A stretch of 64,000 bases of DNA, taken from the NCBI GenBank assembly GCA_002269645.1, contig NIVC01003405.1, positions 1 through 64,000 of the forward strand, in the 5' to 3' direction. The stretch is from Macrostomum lignano. Lineage: Eukaryota. Positions 42,117-54,606 of this stretch are shown in pieces (the first letter of the stretch is position 1; each line of letters starts with the position of its first letter). Below the pieces are notes generated by a model. That model was not told where the DNA came from. It saw only the letters and a list, made by a program, of their open reading frames with translations, and ran no database searches. The translations under genes were made by a program, and so were the position numbers.

Positions 42117-42837
42117 GTGCCACTGAGTATTTCAGGAATATTGAAGCTGGAGTTCATCCCCTGCTCGCCTTCCAATAAGTTAGTAAACGGATTGATTTAT
42201 TTTAGTCAATCAATCAATCAAACCAGTAAATTGAATTTTCTTTAGTCTACTCTTTTATCAAGTACATTCCGCACGTTGTTATAAAATTGAGAAAATGAAG
42301 TCCTGGCACTGTTTCATTCCGGATTCCTCATCTGACGGGGTGTAGTTGGCAGCAAGGGAATGCCTTGACCTAACGGCATGCTTCCTCAGTGGAGTCAAAA
42401 ATAGACATCTTTTGAAGCCTAATATTCAGGCCCCCGAGAGAGAGGCTGTTCTGTCAGTGTTGCCGAGTTCTTCTCTTTTCGCATTCAAAGCGAGGTGATG
42501 AGGAGGAGATGAAATATGCGGGTCTGTTTCCAGGCGCGGCAGATCCGAGAAGACTGGAGCACCTGCAGAGATGAGGGAGCAGGATACTGACTATCCGACA
42601 CTCTTCGCCATCTCCCAATCAGGCGCGCTTCCTCACGCACTCTGCCATCTACCTGTAGCCATATGCCTACTGATTCAGGCGGATGCTACGATACTCGTAC
42701 AGGCTAAGTGTTAAAAATAGTAATACAACCGAAATAATGTCCTTTAGGTTAGGCTTACAGATGCTTTCAGGCTTGGCTAGTGGTACAGTTCATGATGAAA
42801 TGAAGCAAATTAGTGGAAGTGTAGCTCGACTAACAAA

Positions 42838-43041
42838 CAGTAGGAAAATAAACGTCAACAAAAACATAAAATAAAATTTTCTTTCTAGCCAACGCATTTC
42901 GTTTGTTTTGGTTAAATATATTGGTGTTGTGAATTAAGGTTAATTGAATTTGCCCGGACGACGTCTCGTGTTTGACGAAACGCGTTGGCTAGAAAGAAAA
43001 TTTTATTTTATGTTTTTGTAGACGTTTATTTTCCTACTATT
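42838..43041. mobile_element. ~200-bp foldback with ~65-bp near-perfect arms
   Basis: AGTAGGAAAATAAACGTC.ACAAAAACATAAAATAAAATTTTCTTTCTAGCCAACGC.TTTCGT and its reverse complement; direct repeat TGAAGCAAATTAG at 42801-42813 and 43042-43054. Confidence 0.75.
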
Positions 43042-46000
43042 TGAAGCAAATTAGGGTAAGAGCTGATCCGCAACCAGCGCAAGGAGGCCAGTGGTTTTGC
43101 TCATTCACGAACAGCTGAAGTAGAAGGCTGCTGCACTCGCAAGTTGTGCTAATAAACGAATTGGCTGAATGAGCTCTGGCTAGAATTAAATATAGTTTTG
43201 GCTCTGTCTCACCTTAGTTTCAAATAAAGCAGACATGCGAGACTTAGCCAACTCGTAATTGAGAATCCCACTTTCTGAAGTCCATCAGCAGAGATATGAA
43301 TTTTGTGTCGAAAAATTAAAGCTTCCATCTCGCTATTAGGCGTCTATAGCAATGAGCCAGCGGTCCAGGCTTGATTCCTAATTTGGGGCTATATTCGAAT
43401 CTCGGCTTGGTTCTGCTCGTGCAATTAACGACCTTGAGGTGAGGACCAACCCCCAAGGTACAGTGAAGGGTCGCTGTACACTCCTGTGTGTGTGCCTGAG
43501 CTGTGCATATGACTGCGTACGCATCCGCGCGCTTGTGTTCCTGCTCAGGGAGTCGGCGGAATGGGTAGTAATACCTCTCGCCGGTTGTGGCGCGGCCTGC
43601 ACAGAGTGAAATTAGCAAGAATTGCGAGTGCTGCGTCTTTCTTTTTGGCGTTCAAAAACATTTCGCATTAACGCAACAGTGTGCCAATTTTGCCGACTCC
43701 CGGGCGCGCACAGGGATGCTCTGAAGCACCGACAATTTCTTGTTCTTAAAAATTCCAATCCAGCTCAAACATGCACAGCCAAGGGATTCGATGAAAAATT
43801 CATCCACTAAAATTCGTAGAATTTCCCTGTGGATTACGTTTAACTTTATTGCATTGTCGTTGGGCGAGAAAGCCTATGATCCTGTATGGCAGTTGCTGAT
43901 TACTGCTCAATTTTGGCCAAGACTCTTCACCCCCTGCAGACCCGTGCAACACCCGGACGTTTCGTCAACGTACCGGGTATCGGTCGAAGTTTCTGGAAAA
44001 AGAAGGTTGTTTTTACGTTACGCCAACGTTTGACGTAACATTATTCAATGTAAAATTAATGACAAACTTTCCTCTCTAGACCAGGAAAGCGACGTGCAAT
44101 TGCTGTGAATGACTAATGAAATCGCTATTCAGCTCGACGACTGATTTTGTTGGCGTGAATTTTTCAGCCAGATTTTTAGCTCCTCACGCACTGCTCCTAT
44201 TGTAATCTGGCAGCCAAGTGTGAAATATTCCTGCTGGTGACATACCTGAGAAGCTAATTAGATACGCTCTGGTAGGCGCAACAAGATGGAATTATTGCCG
44301 CGGGTCGAGCGGTCTCAGATTTGCCCAGAAAATGGGATATTTTGTGCAGTTAGCTGTTCCTCACGTCGACTCCTTCAAGCTTTCCTGCGCTTTTTTCTGT
44401 GAAGAAAGAATTCCTGCGCCGCCCGCTCCATCAGGCATTAACTCGACTTGAGTGAGCTGACCGAGAATGAGTGAGCCGGAGCGACACATAGCGTACTTTA
44501 AAAAAACCCTCGGCACAGTGCGCACTCGCCACAACACCACCCCCCCCCCCTACATGGGATTCATGGGATTCCGGATCGCATGTCAAAAGTTCAAAAGTTC
44601 AATCAAGTTCAGTTCTTGATTCATAATTCAATTCGGGTACCGCTTTGGCGGCCGACGATGGGTTCAGCGCTCTCCCCGGCCGCGGTTCGGTCAGGACCAT
44701 GGCAACAGTTTTGTCATGGACAAACGAATCCAGTCTAGAAAATCTAAAGAGATGGGAGCAACTATAAACTTTACTGGATTGCCAGTCTGCGTTAGCAATT
44801 TAGCCTATGAGTTTGTAGCGTCTTTCTCAAAATTCTCAAATTCTCAAAGAACGGATAGCAGAATGAACTGAGGGGATGTAGGTGTAGCCTATAGGCATGA
44901 GAATTCACGCAATCTGCTCTCGTCATTTCAGGGCGTCACTCACTGTGAGTGCTGGCTGTCTTAAAGCTACAACTATCGGCTTACTTCCGACATTGCATGC
45001 TTCTCTCTCCAAAAGTTTTAAAGCTTTTGCTTTTTTGTTTTAAGAGTTATGAGCTTTAGTACGAGTAAAGAGAAGAAAGTGTCATAAAAAATGAGATTTG
45101 ACAGACACAAAGAAAGCAAGAGTTCGATTTTCAAATAATGACTATACGCGGATGCATGCTGCTGCCACTCTTTGTGGAAGAAGAAGCATCAGCATTGTGC
45201 TCGCGAGAGCTTCTCATCCCTGTTAGATGGCGAACTGAGTTGATTCACTGTGACAGTCGCGCTGGAATGTATATGGTTGTTAGTTGTCAAGGGCGCTTCA
45301 GGCGAGTCCCAATGACCATTCCTCTGACCCTGAGAGCACGCACGAATCCCTGCTCATACTGGGTGTACAGCGGCCCCGACTTTGTCATTGTAAGGCCTTG
45401 CGAATTGGAGCTCATGACATGGACAACTGAAGTAAAAGGACACTATACTCTCAATTTTCTTAGAAACGAGCTCAAGGAACGTATTTTCGTAGCTTCCACT
45501 TACTTCCAGGGGTCCTTGGCTCAGAAAGCATAGTGCTGAGAGTGGGGTTCTGCCAGGTGGACAAATTTGGGTCGTGAAAAATTGGAGTTCTCGGGGAAAA
45601 CAGTTCAGAATTAAATCCATTTACAACTGCTAGCTGACTCATTCAAACCTGTAGCTCAGCTCTTTGTGCAGTCAGTGAGGATATTCCGAATCTCCGACAG
45701 GGATGCAGGTGCAACGGGGACCAAAACTCCAGAGTACGAAGGTATAATTAATCAGCCGCGCTCTCTAAAGGAAAAAGTTCTGAGTATAGCGCAAAAACTC
45801 AATACTTTTCTCTCTTCCTGCCCCTGTCCGAAAATAATTGATTGCAGGTTAGAGATGGATGAAAATCTGACGAAGTCGAGCTCTCCTGGGTCGACAACCC
45901 TAATGAAACCTCATTACTCAGCTAAACCTCATTAAAACACATACACTAAAATAATTTACATGCTAAAGAGAGGCATTGATGCCGAAGCTCAAAGGGGATG

Positions 46001-47232
46001 CTGATATCTTAAGCTAAATAGCTGGTTTTCAGGGCTAATACTTTTTGCTTTAAACATCATTTTCTTTAAGAAATTAACATTTTCTTTGTTGCCTCCCAAA
46101 CGGGGGAGGGCGCAGATTTCCTAGCTCAGTTCTGAAAACAGGAAACCTTTGCCTCCACCGAAATCTGCTCGATTTTCCGAGTGCAAGCGTCTTTCTACTT
46201 TGGCTGTCCATGGCATGCAATAAGTACACATCTGATTTGCACTCTTGCCCAAGCATGTTTTGGAGAGATCCTTGGAACTGGCCAAATGATCAACTTTCTT
46301 GTAGCTTACAGCATTCAATTTAGACACAAAAATATATAGTGCATATATTTTAACTTGAGTTTGTATTTCTTTACTGATTTTGATCGCAGAGTACCATTTA
46401 CATGCATCAAATAAAATCATCTAATTGTCCTCTCGTTCTCAGCTTACTAAAAAAAGACGCGCGGAATTGATCCGCAGTGAGAAGAGATGAAATTTTCAAA
46501 TCAATAACAAAGCTCACCTAATTGAATAAAATCCACAAGATTAGATGGACACACAGTAATGCAGATGCGGATAGATAATTTGATTTTAGCTTGGACATGG
46601 CGCAAGACGTGTGCGAATAATAATCAACCCAATCTTTAGCTGGGGCAGCAGCAGCCGCAGCAGCAACCTCCATCCGATCTGCCTCCGGGGGGTTGGGGGG
46701 CGTCCCAGCTTTATGTGACAGGAAATAATATAAGAAACAATCAGGAAAACTCGGCATCTTAGTTTTCAGTTACAAGAGTTCTGTTGTCTGCACATGTCGA
46801 ATGAATTGAACCCGCACAAAACCACGAATTAGATTCATGGGTGATTGGTTAGATAGTTCTATATGTTCACAATCCAATAAAACTGGGAAAAACTGCACAC
46901 AGAGGCAAAAATATGATTCAAAAATACTTTTCTGGGTTGTTAGATACAGATATACAGATCTTTGCGTTAGCTAATAAAAGTGATGTTAAAATACTTGGTT
47001 TTCGATTCGCTCAGAGTGCGATGAGGCAAATTACAACAGAAAGCCAGAAGCGTACACGTGAAACATTTGCCTTTCGTTGTTATAAATGGTGACAAAATGG
47101 ATGCAAGTGAGTGAAAAAAGTAAAAAGAAACAAAAAATTCTCTGACTTTCACGATTTAACTCTAAAGTTTAATTTTGACCCTCAAAATTACTTGAAACAA
47201 AGAAGTAAAGCCGAATTGTGAAGTCCTCGAAA

Positions 47233-47883
47233 CTAGCTGGCGGTCCTCACCGGGTCCTCATCGGAGTCCGGCTGCTCAGTCACAACCACCACTGGGCTAG
47301 GAGTTGCCTCGGCCTGCGCTTCGGCTTCCTGCTGCTGATCTTCGGCTTCCTCCTGCAGCTCCTCGGCGACCGAACCGCTTGCCAGGAGTTGCACCGCCGC
47401 TTGGTACTGATGGCAGTGCAGCTTCCGCTTCATGAGGAACTCGCGCCGGTGTCGCCGCTCTTCTTCCGTGAGGCCGACCTCCTCCGCGTCCGCGTCGTGA
47501 TGCGGGTCGTCGGTCGGTGGCAGATGCTCATTTAGAAGCAAAAACTGCTCGCTGACGCTGTCGCCGACGTCTTCGTCATCAGTAGCGGCTGCCTTGACGC
47601 CCACGGGGGCAGCTGGAACAGCAGCTATGATGGCCACCTCGCTAAAGCTAGTTCGCCTGCGCTGAGCATCGGCGGGTGCCCGCAGACATTGACTCTTAGA
47701 GAATGCTGGAACGGCATCTGCACTGGCGCCGGCATTTTCGTCACCTTGATCAGTAGTAGGCGGCAGTCTTATAGCTGGTTGATTGCTGATGCCTTCTGGT
47801 GCCGAAACTGTACATGGTTCAAAACTTCCACGATGCTTAAGAATTCCTTTTGTCTTTTTCTGTTTTTCTGGGTTGCAGGACAT
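47233..47883 (-). CDS. PPP1R2: Protein phosphatase 1 inhibitor-2-like protein, divergent, intronless (216 aa)
   Basis: KGILK (SILK motif), RRTSFSE at the RVxF-like position, EEERRHRREFLMKRKLH (cf. FEMKRKLHYNE), acidic tail; ATG 47883. Confidence 0.8.
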   Translation of the reverse strand: MSCNPEKQKKTKGILKHRGSFEPCTVSAPEGISNQPAIRLPPTTDQGDENAGASADAVPAFSKSQCLRAPADAQRRRTSFSEVAIIAAVPAAPVGVKAAATDDEDVGDSVSEQFLLLNEHLPPTDDPHHDADAEEVGLTEEERRHRREFLMKRKLHCHQYQAAVQLLASGSVAEELQEEAEDQQQEAEAQAEATPSPVVVVTEQPDSDEDPVRTAS

Positions 47884-50800
47884 TTTAAACCAATTTTTAG
47901 TTGTGTTTTTTACTGATCTCTTTCCAGCTGTCGTACGTGTTGTTCCCACAGCGCGGTACTCCTAAAAGTCAGTAAAAGCTTTTATAGCTACGAGTGTATT
48001 GTTAAATAAATGAAAGTCAATGTTGCACCGCGATCCTCTTGAATGTATTTACGCGCATCTTAATTTTTTCAACTTGCTTCTTCTTTCGATGAAGTGCGAA
48101 ACGTACATATATGCACATGTAGCATAATGGAAGGCGTAAAACTTACAAACGGATAAACTTAAAAACTTGTTGATCGACAGCGATAGATCAATAACTATTT
48201 AGGAACAATTTATTTTGCAGATAGCGTATCCGTATTCTTATTTATTTTTTGATCAAGTTCTTTGTCATCTTGCGAGACGAGCGGGCATACTAGAGCAGAT
48301 TTAAATAAGTGCCAATATAAGGTACATATATACAGTTTTCTATTTTAGAGAACTTTTATAAGTTGAACAATTTTTTATGAAAATGAATAGAAATTTTAAA
48401 CATATTTTCTATAACAGCTTCCATAATTGAATCCATTCTTATAATGCGGTAATACAAAATTGTTCAGAGCTTTTTATCGGTCGCAATCTTTTTGAGACTA
48501 CAGGCAAGCTTGCCTCGTCGTTTCGTTTCGGGAGGGGAGCTCTAAATTTTCCAGCACGGGAATAAGAGGAAGCCATAGTAGGATAGGTAATTGTATTTTG
48601 ATTAATTAATTCAATAAAACATAATAAAAATTAAACATAAAACCAGCCGCCCCATCATTTGATCAAATCAATTCTGAAAAAAACGTCACTTGTTATCTAG
48701 GTTAGTTATTTAGTTTTAACTTCCAAATTTATTTACTAGGCCTAGCCTAGGATGACCTAGCTCTAGTCTAGATAGTCAAAGCTAAGCTAGGCCTAAGTTG
48801 CAGGTTAAATCTTTTGTATGCTAACTTCGTTTTTTGTTTACTGCTTCTCTGCTTCCAAGTTTCCTCGATTTTAATCTTTTAGAATAAAAAAAGCCTTAAT
48901 TGTAAAAATGATCTCAGATTAAGCCCTAGTAAGCCTAGGCCTACTAAGGGCAAGGCCATCCCTATTCTGTCAAATAATGACAAATTAAGCATATTAATTA
49001 TTTTAAATGTTTCACTTTTATTTTAGACACTGCCACTGGTCTTCAAATTTTAAGTCATTAAATGGCTTTGAGCCTAGCATTCTAAATTAGGCTAAGCCTT
49101 AGGTTTATTAACTTTGACCTTGAATTTAATAACCTTGCCTTTGCTAAGCTAGCCTTGAATGTTGGATTTAATCATAACAATTATAAGAATCTTAACATCT
49201 AGTTTAACAATATAGGCCCTAATATTAGGCCCTAGGGCTTGGCTTATTTAAAAATTATTAAACAAAATTATAATATAAAATCTTATAGGCCTAGATTTCT
49301 CATGATTATTTAACATGATATTCAAAAATTGATTAGGCTATTTAATTTCACCTTATTTTTCTTATAAATAAGTTATAAGGCCTACTCAAAATCAAGATTT
49401 TTTATTATATTTCTTAATACCAAGTCAAGTGGTTAGGTCCTAAGTTAAATAAAAACAAATGAGATCAAGTAGGCCTAACACATTTGATGATAATTTGTAA
49501 GTATATTATATTTATGTTTACTTTTATATTTCAAGGAAAAAATTAGTTTTTGTATAATAGGCTTAACAAATATTTTTATTAATTATATTAGCATTAATTT
49601 CTATTACAAAGCTAGGTCTCTAATATAATTTTTATATAATTATGTTATATATTGCTTTTTCTAATTGAATAATTTAGGTTTTTAATATATTATACTATAC
49701 TTCCAAAGATATTGTTTTAAAAGGAAAATTCTTATATTGCATTAAGGTCCTAGAGTCCTAGACAGTTTAGTAGGCCTACTATGTACATGGCATGCATCAA
49801 GGAGTTGGCAAAGTTTTTTGGTATGCTTTGCATAGCAGTGTTACATATATAAAAAGGTAACAAATTAATAATGCATGATACCATGGTCAGTACTATATAG
49901 TATCTATGCCATGGAAAATAAGTCAAAAAAAAAGTAATGCAAAAAGGTCCTTGGCTTTATTGTTGCAACACAAAAAAGTCTTATTGGTGCAATATTCCAA
50001 TTTGCAACCCTTTTCCCAATCCATTGGCGCATACTTGATAGATTTCAATCTTAAATTGTATTTTTAAATGTTTAATTTCTAGGCATTATATTTTATCTCA
50101 GGCCTAGTTTAATAGGTTAGAGCCTAGGTTTTTTGCTAGTACTGAGTTGCTAAATTGCATCTTTAGTCTAATTTAAAAATGCAACTTTTAAGTTTGGATC
50201 CTATAGGTATAAGATCATTAAACAAATATAGGCCTAGTTTTATTTATTTAGGCTATTCTGATGAACTTTTCTTTATATTTAATGCTTATTCTAGATAAAA
50301 AATTAACTAAATTTGAGTGTGATATAAATTATTGCATTGTTAATTAAAAATTCCAATGGTATAATTATTGCATCGATTGCTTATTTATTATACCAACCAT
50401 TAACAATGCTATATTAATTTAAAGTTCTTCAGCCATGAAAGTTATTTACTTTGCATGGTGTTCTAAACTTTATACATTGTTAGTTTTATACTAGGCTACT
50501 ATAATTAATTTGGATTTTAGTGTATTAAATTGTTATAAAATTATTATGCCTTGAAAATAAAACATTATCTCTATAAATATATTCCATTTTTAAAATATAT
50601 AATCAATTTTTGCATGCATCCTTGTGTAAAAATATATTTAAGTTCATTGTTGTCTAGTATGTTACCAGATAGTGTTTTTTGAAGTTTTGATAAAACTGAA
50701 ATATATAAGTACATGCTTAATACCTGGCCATCTAGCTAATAAGAGGCCTAGCCAAGAGTAAGTTAAAAAAATGCCAACCCCAAAAATAGATTAGTACTTG

Positions 50801-52485
50801 TTAAATAATGAAATATTTAGCCTTAATAAGACCTTGTAGTTATTCTTGCCAATACCCAAAATTGAATTAATTTTTCATTTAGGGTTTCTTTCACAAGTAA
50901 AGTTACATTTTTTGGTAAAAAAGGAAGCTATATAGCCGGTGTAATTAAGGGAAATTGTGCATATACGAAATGAAATGTAAATGTACTCATCATACTTTAT
51001 TAATAGAAATGTAATGGCAAAAGTTATAAAGACAAAAAATAAACACATTAATATGTATAAGCAAAGCAAATAGGCAAGATAGCAGGCAAAAAAGAATAAG
51101 TACATTAGCAGGAGTAAATAGACACACCCTGAGTATATTAAGACTAGCTAGACTATTTAAAACTAGATGGTAGGATAGGTCTATGGTGCCATATCTAACT
51201 AAACCAATGTGAAGAGCAAAGTAGATCTCCCTAGCAATTGGCTTTTGGGCTATACTTTATTAGGAACTGTAGCCCCACTTTTATCACATGCTGTTTTAAT
51301 GGCTTAGACCCTCTTAATCTTATTAAAGTTGACTTCTAAGAAAATTTAAAATAAAAAGCAAAGCATAAAATATGCATTGTTGTTCTCATTTTATTTTGTT
51401 GTAACTGGTTAAAACCTTCATTTTTCTATATGCCTTTATAATTATGGCCTGGTAAATGGCAAAGTCATAAATGAAAGCCAAAGTTGTCAATAAAGTTGGG
51501 ATTCAATTCAATTGTAGCTTTTGAGAGTCAAATCCCACTGTTGATTCAGACAGAGAATCAGTGAAATTAAGAAGATTAAGTATAACACAATAGAAGTAGA
51601 TGTAGAGAAAGCCACTAAAAACAAAAATGACTACAAAGGACTCTGATCAAAATGCTATGTATCCTATGAAGTAGAATCCACCTACTTATAGGCTCTTTTA
51701 AAGGAGATTTAATATATGTATTATACTATAGTTATAGAGGTATGCCTACATATAGACTATAGCTAGATATAGCTTTGGTTATTATATATTATCAGTGTAA
51801 TCATATTATTTGTAGTATACCCAATTTAAATGCAACAAGTTTGACTTGGTTGTGTAGAATTACAGGCTTTGATATTGGCTGTCTTAATTAAATATGCATA
51901 ATAATGCATATGATATCAACAGCCTGTAGTTTCTACCAATCTAGTTTTTCTGTTGCTTGATCTACATTCACCCTTACTATTTAAATTTTGTTCCTTTTAT
52001 AAATTATTTGTTTATTGACTGCACCTTATTTCCCACGAGTTCATAAAATGTTAGTTAGGGTTGCTATTGTGTCATTTGTGGCCCTGATCCTTGAAGGTAG
52101 TGCACAGCAGGTCATCTATATGTATCCAGCAATACAAACTAGGACAAGCACAACCCCGGCAACCGCCACTTAGCAAAGCTGTCCTCTGGCAGTCTGATAG
52201 GGCCTCAAAACTGCAGAACTGCCCAGCCCTTGCAGAATAAGACACTCAACAGTCACGGACAGCAAGGAGAAATGATAAATAACCATCAACCTGATATTTA
52301 ATGCAGTAGAAAGCCACTGGCACTATTAGGAAGACTATGAGTAGTTGCCATGCCATGGGTAGTTGCTCTGGCATGTGGTACACATTTAGAACCATTAGAT
52401 TAGAAGTCTGTTATGGTATGAAGCTTTTGAATGTTCACAGATAGCACCTGCTGGAATACAACTTTGCCATAAAGTATAGGAATAT

Positions 52486-53088
52486 TGAACAACAACAACA
52501 ACACCCGCCAGCCACGCAGTGGCTAGAAAGGGGGGAGAAGTCAGAGAGCGCGTCTCTGGGCCAAAGCCCTCAGAAATTCACACCCCCAGCTTGGTCCGGG
52601 GCGCCAGCATCGGTCAAAAGCCTGTCAGGGTCTCTCGCCGTTCGCCCTTGGCCTCGCCTGCGCAGTCCCTGCAACTTGAGCAGCAGCGGCTCAGGGCAGC
52701 GAGTCTCCGACCGGATGACGTGGCCAGCCAGTCGAAGTCGCCGCCCGCGCAGCAGGTCAGAAGGCCGCATCAGGCGTGTCCTCGTGTAGAGCGAGGCGTT
52801 GGTCTCGCTGCCTGGACCGCTGCGCACTCCGAACGCCGCACGCAGCATGGCCGCATGCGCGGCGTCCAGCTGCCTCTCCGAAGCGTCCGTCAGGGTCCAG
52901 GTCTCGGCGTTGTACAACAAGACAGTCTCAACGTCTGAAACAGCCGAGCCTTGAGCCCGTCATCCAGGGCCTCAGAATGGAGCAGTGAGCACGGAGGGCA
53001 CAGACCGAAACGCGGCCTCCCGGCAGCGTCTCGGTAGTTGATCTCGGCAGGCAGGTCGGAGGGCACCGTGAAGACTACCGTCTTCAGG
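52486..53088 (-). mobile_element. 5'-truncated non-LTR retrotransposon (RTE-like), with (TTG)n 3' tail
   Basis: ETVLLYNAETWTLT...RGRRLRLAGHVIR C-terminal RT-region motif, with stops upstream; (CAA)n on plus at 52488-52502; flanking AGGAATAT duplication (52478-52485, 53089-53096). Confidence 0.85.
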
Positions 53089-53365
53089 AGGAATATCAAA
53101 ACTGTTATCTGGGTTCAAGAATCATAATATTATTTAAAAGCTAAAAAACTTGGCATTAAAGGAGTTTGAATCATCTCCAGAATAAACTCTTGATTAATTG
53201 AGGTTAGGGTAGGCCTAAGTGGTGTCAATTGGCCCTTTGAACTATTAACCTAGGAGTTAGGAGTGGAGTATTTAAGTCCTAGCATTATAAACTTGCTCCA
53301 AAAGATTGTTTCTAGCAGTCGACTATTTTCCTAAGCTCCTACGAGTAGAGCTCAACTATTTTTTA

Positions 53366-53547
53366 CCAAATACACTACTGAGATAGGGAGTTTTCATTTT
53401 TCAGCACAAAAAATGTTATTACTATCGATTGGAGGCAGATCCAGTATTTATTTTTTTATATGCTGGCCTTTCTGCCTCCAATCGAAAGCAATAACATTTT
53501 TTGTGCTGAAAAAAGAAAAATTCCTATCTCCGTTAGTGTATTTTTGG
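53366..53547. mobile_element. ~180-bp palindromic MITE-like hairpin
   Basis: TTTTCAGCACAAAAAATGTTATT.CT.TCGATTGGAGGCAGA and its reverse complement around a ~30-nt loop. Confidence 0.75.
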
Positions 53548-54606
53548 GGAAAACCTGGCTTTAAAAATTTTCCAAGAACGAGGTTTCCCGTCCTACTACT
53601 TGAGGACGTCCTTGGTATGATAGAGTAGGCCTGTGGATCAATTCTACAAACTGCATATGCTGCTAGATACCTGTCGACAGCTTAATAATTATTTGAGTGC
53701 TGCATTTGAATGCGGTTGCGACAATAGAGTACTCGATACTCTAAAGACGATATACGCTTGCATTGACGCACAGTTCTCTAAGTACTTCAAGGACACCCTA
53801 CTTCGTCCGTATGACTGCTAAGACTTAAAAAGTTTTAAAAAATTCTTATTCCAGCTATTTTTCGCTTCTTTGTGTTTTTAATATCCACTTGTCTTCACTC
53901 GTTTTATTTAAGAGGCCTGCAACAAATATTTTAGTTTGCGACTGCAAGGTTACAATTTCGCTGAAAAACCATGCGCAAGTATCATTGACGAGCACTGCAA
54001 ATTGAGAGTAGGATTAAAAGAAGACAAAGAAACACCTCAAGCAAAGAATGGCTTTCTCACGCAACTCAGCACTTAGTTCTTCAACAGTGGAGCTGCATGT
54101 AGACTCCATCTGCATGGGATCCTTCGAGTTTCGGCTACAAAAGAATTTGAGCTTAGTTCTCTGTGAGGTTTACAGATAATGTACGAGCCGTACGGAAACA
54201 GCATATGTGCGGGCGCGTCTTTTACTCACATCACTAATGGACAGCCAAATAGCTAAAAGTACTTCCTAAATTTCAATTATTTCAAGTGCTTCAAAGGATG
54301 AGAACGCACATTTCAAAGTCTTCATTCGCTTTTTGAGAGATTGTTGGTACAGTTGTGGACTACTGGTAGTAGGCCGCCAGTTTTTTTCGCAACTTTTCTT
54401 TCAGACCAGATTTATTGATTGATCTCTACGAGTTCTGAGGCCCGATAGACAAAGGCTAGAAAAGGTCTTGTTCACACATCAATACACATCTCGACCAAAA
54501 CGCTTGAGCATCAGGTGTGTAGAAATATAAAATCAGTTTATTAATAAAGATAAGTTCTCGAATTCGTTTTTAAAAAACAACAAAAAATGAATCAGTCAAT
54601 CGGGCT

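Noticed and set aside
43325-43480. Second tRNA-derived SINE head
   Set aside because: The A and B boxes are too degenerate (GGCTTGATTCC) to support without a library search.
44514-44947. Transib/RSS-like CACAGTG...CACTGTG pair
   Set aside because: Similarity does not extend beyond the heptamer and there is no 5-bp TSD.
45138-46420. hAT transposase remnant (CPCHELQ motif) among short ORFs
   Set aside because: A single weak motif with no other conserved blocks or TIRs.
48100-52480. Protein-coding content in the AT-rich block
   Set aside because: Only one short low-complexity ORF, and no splice-consistent exons.
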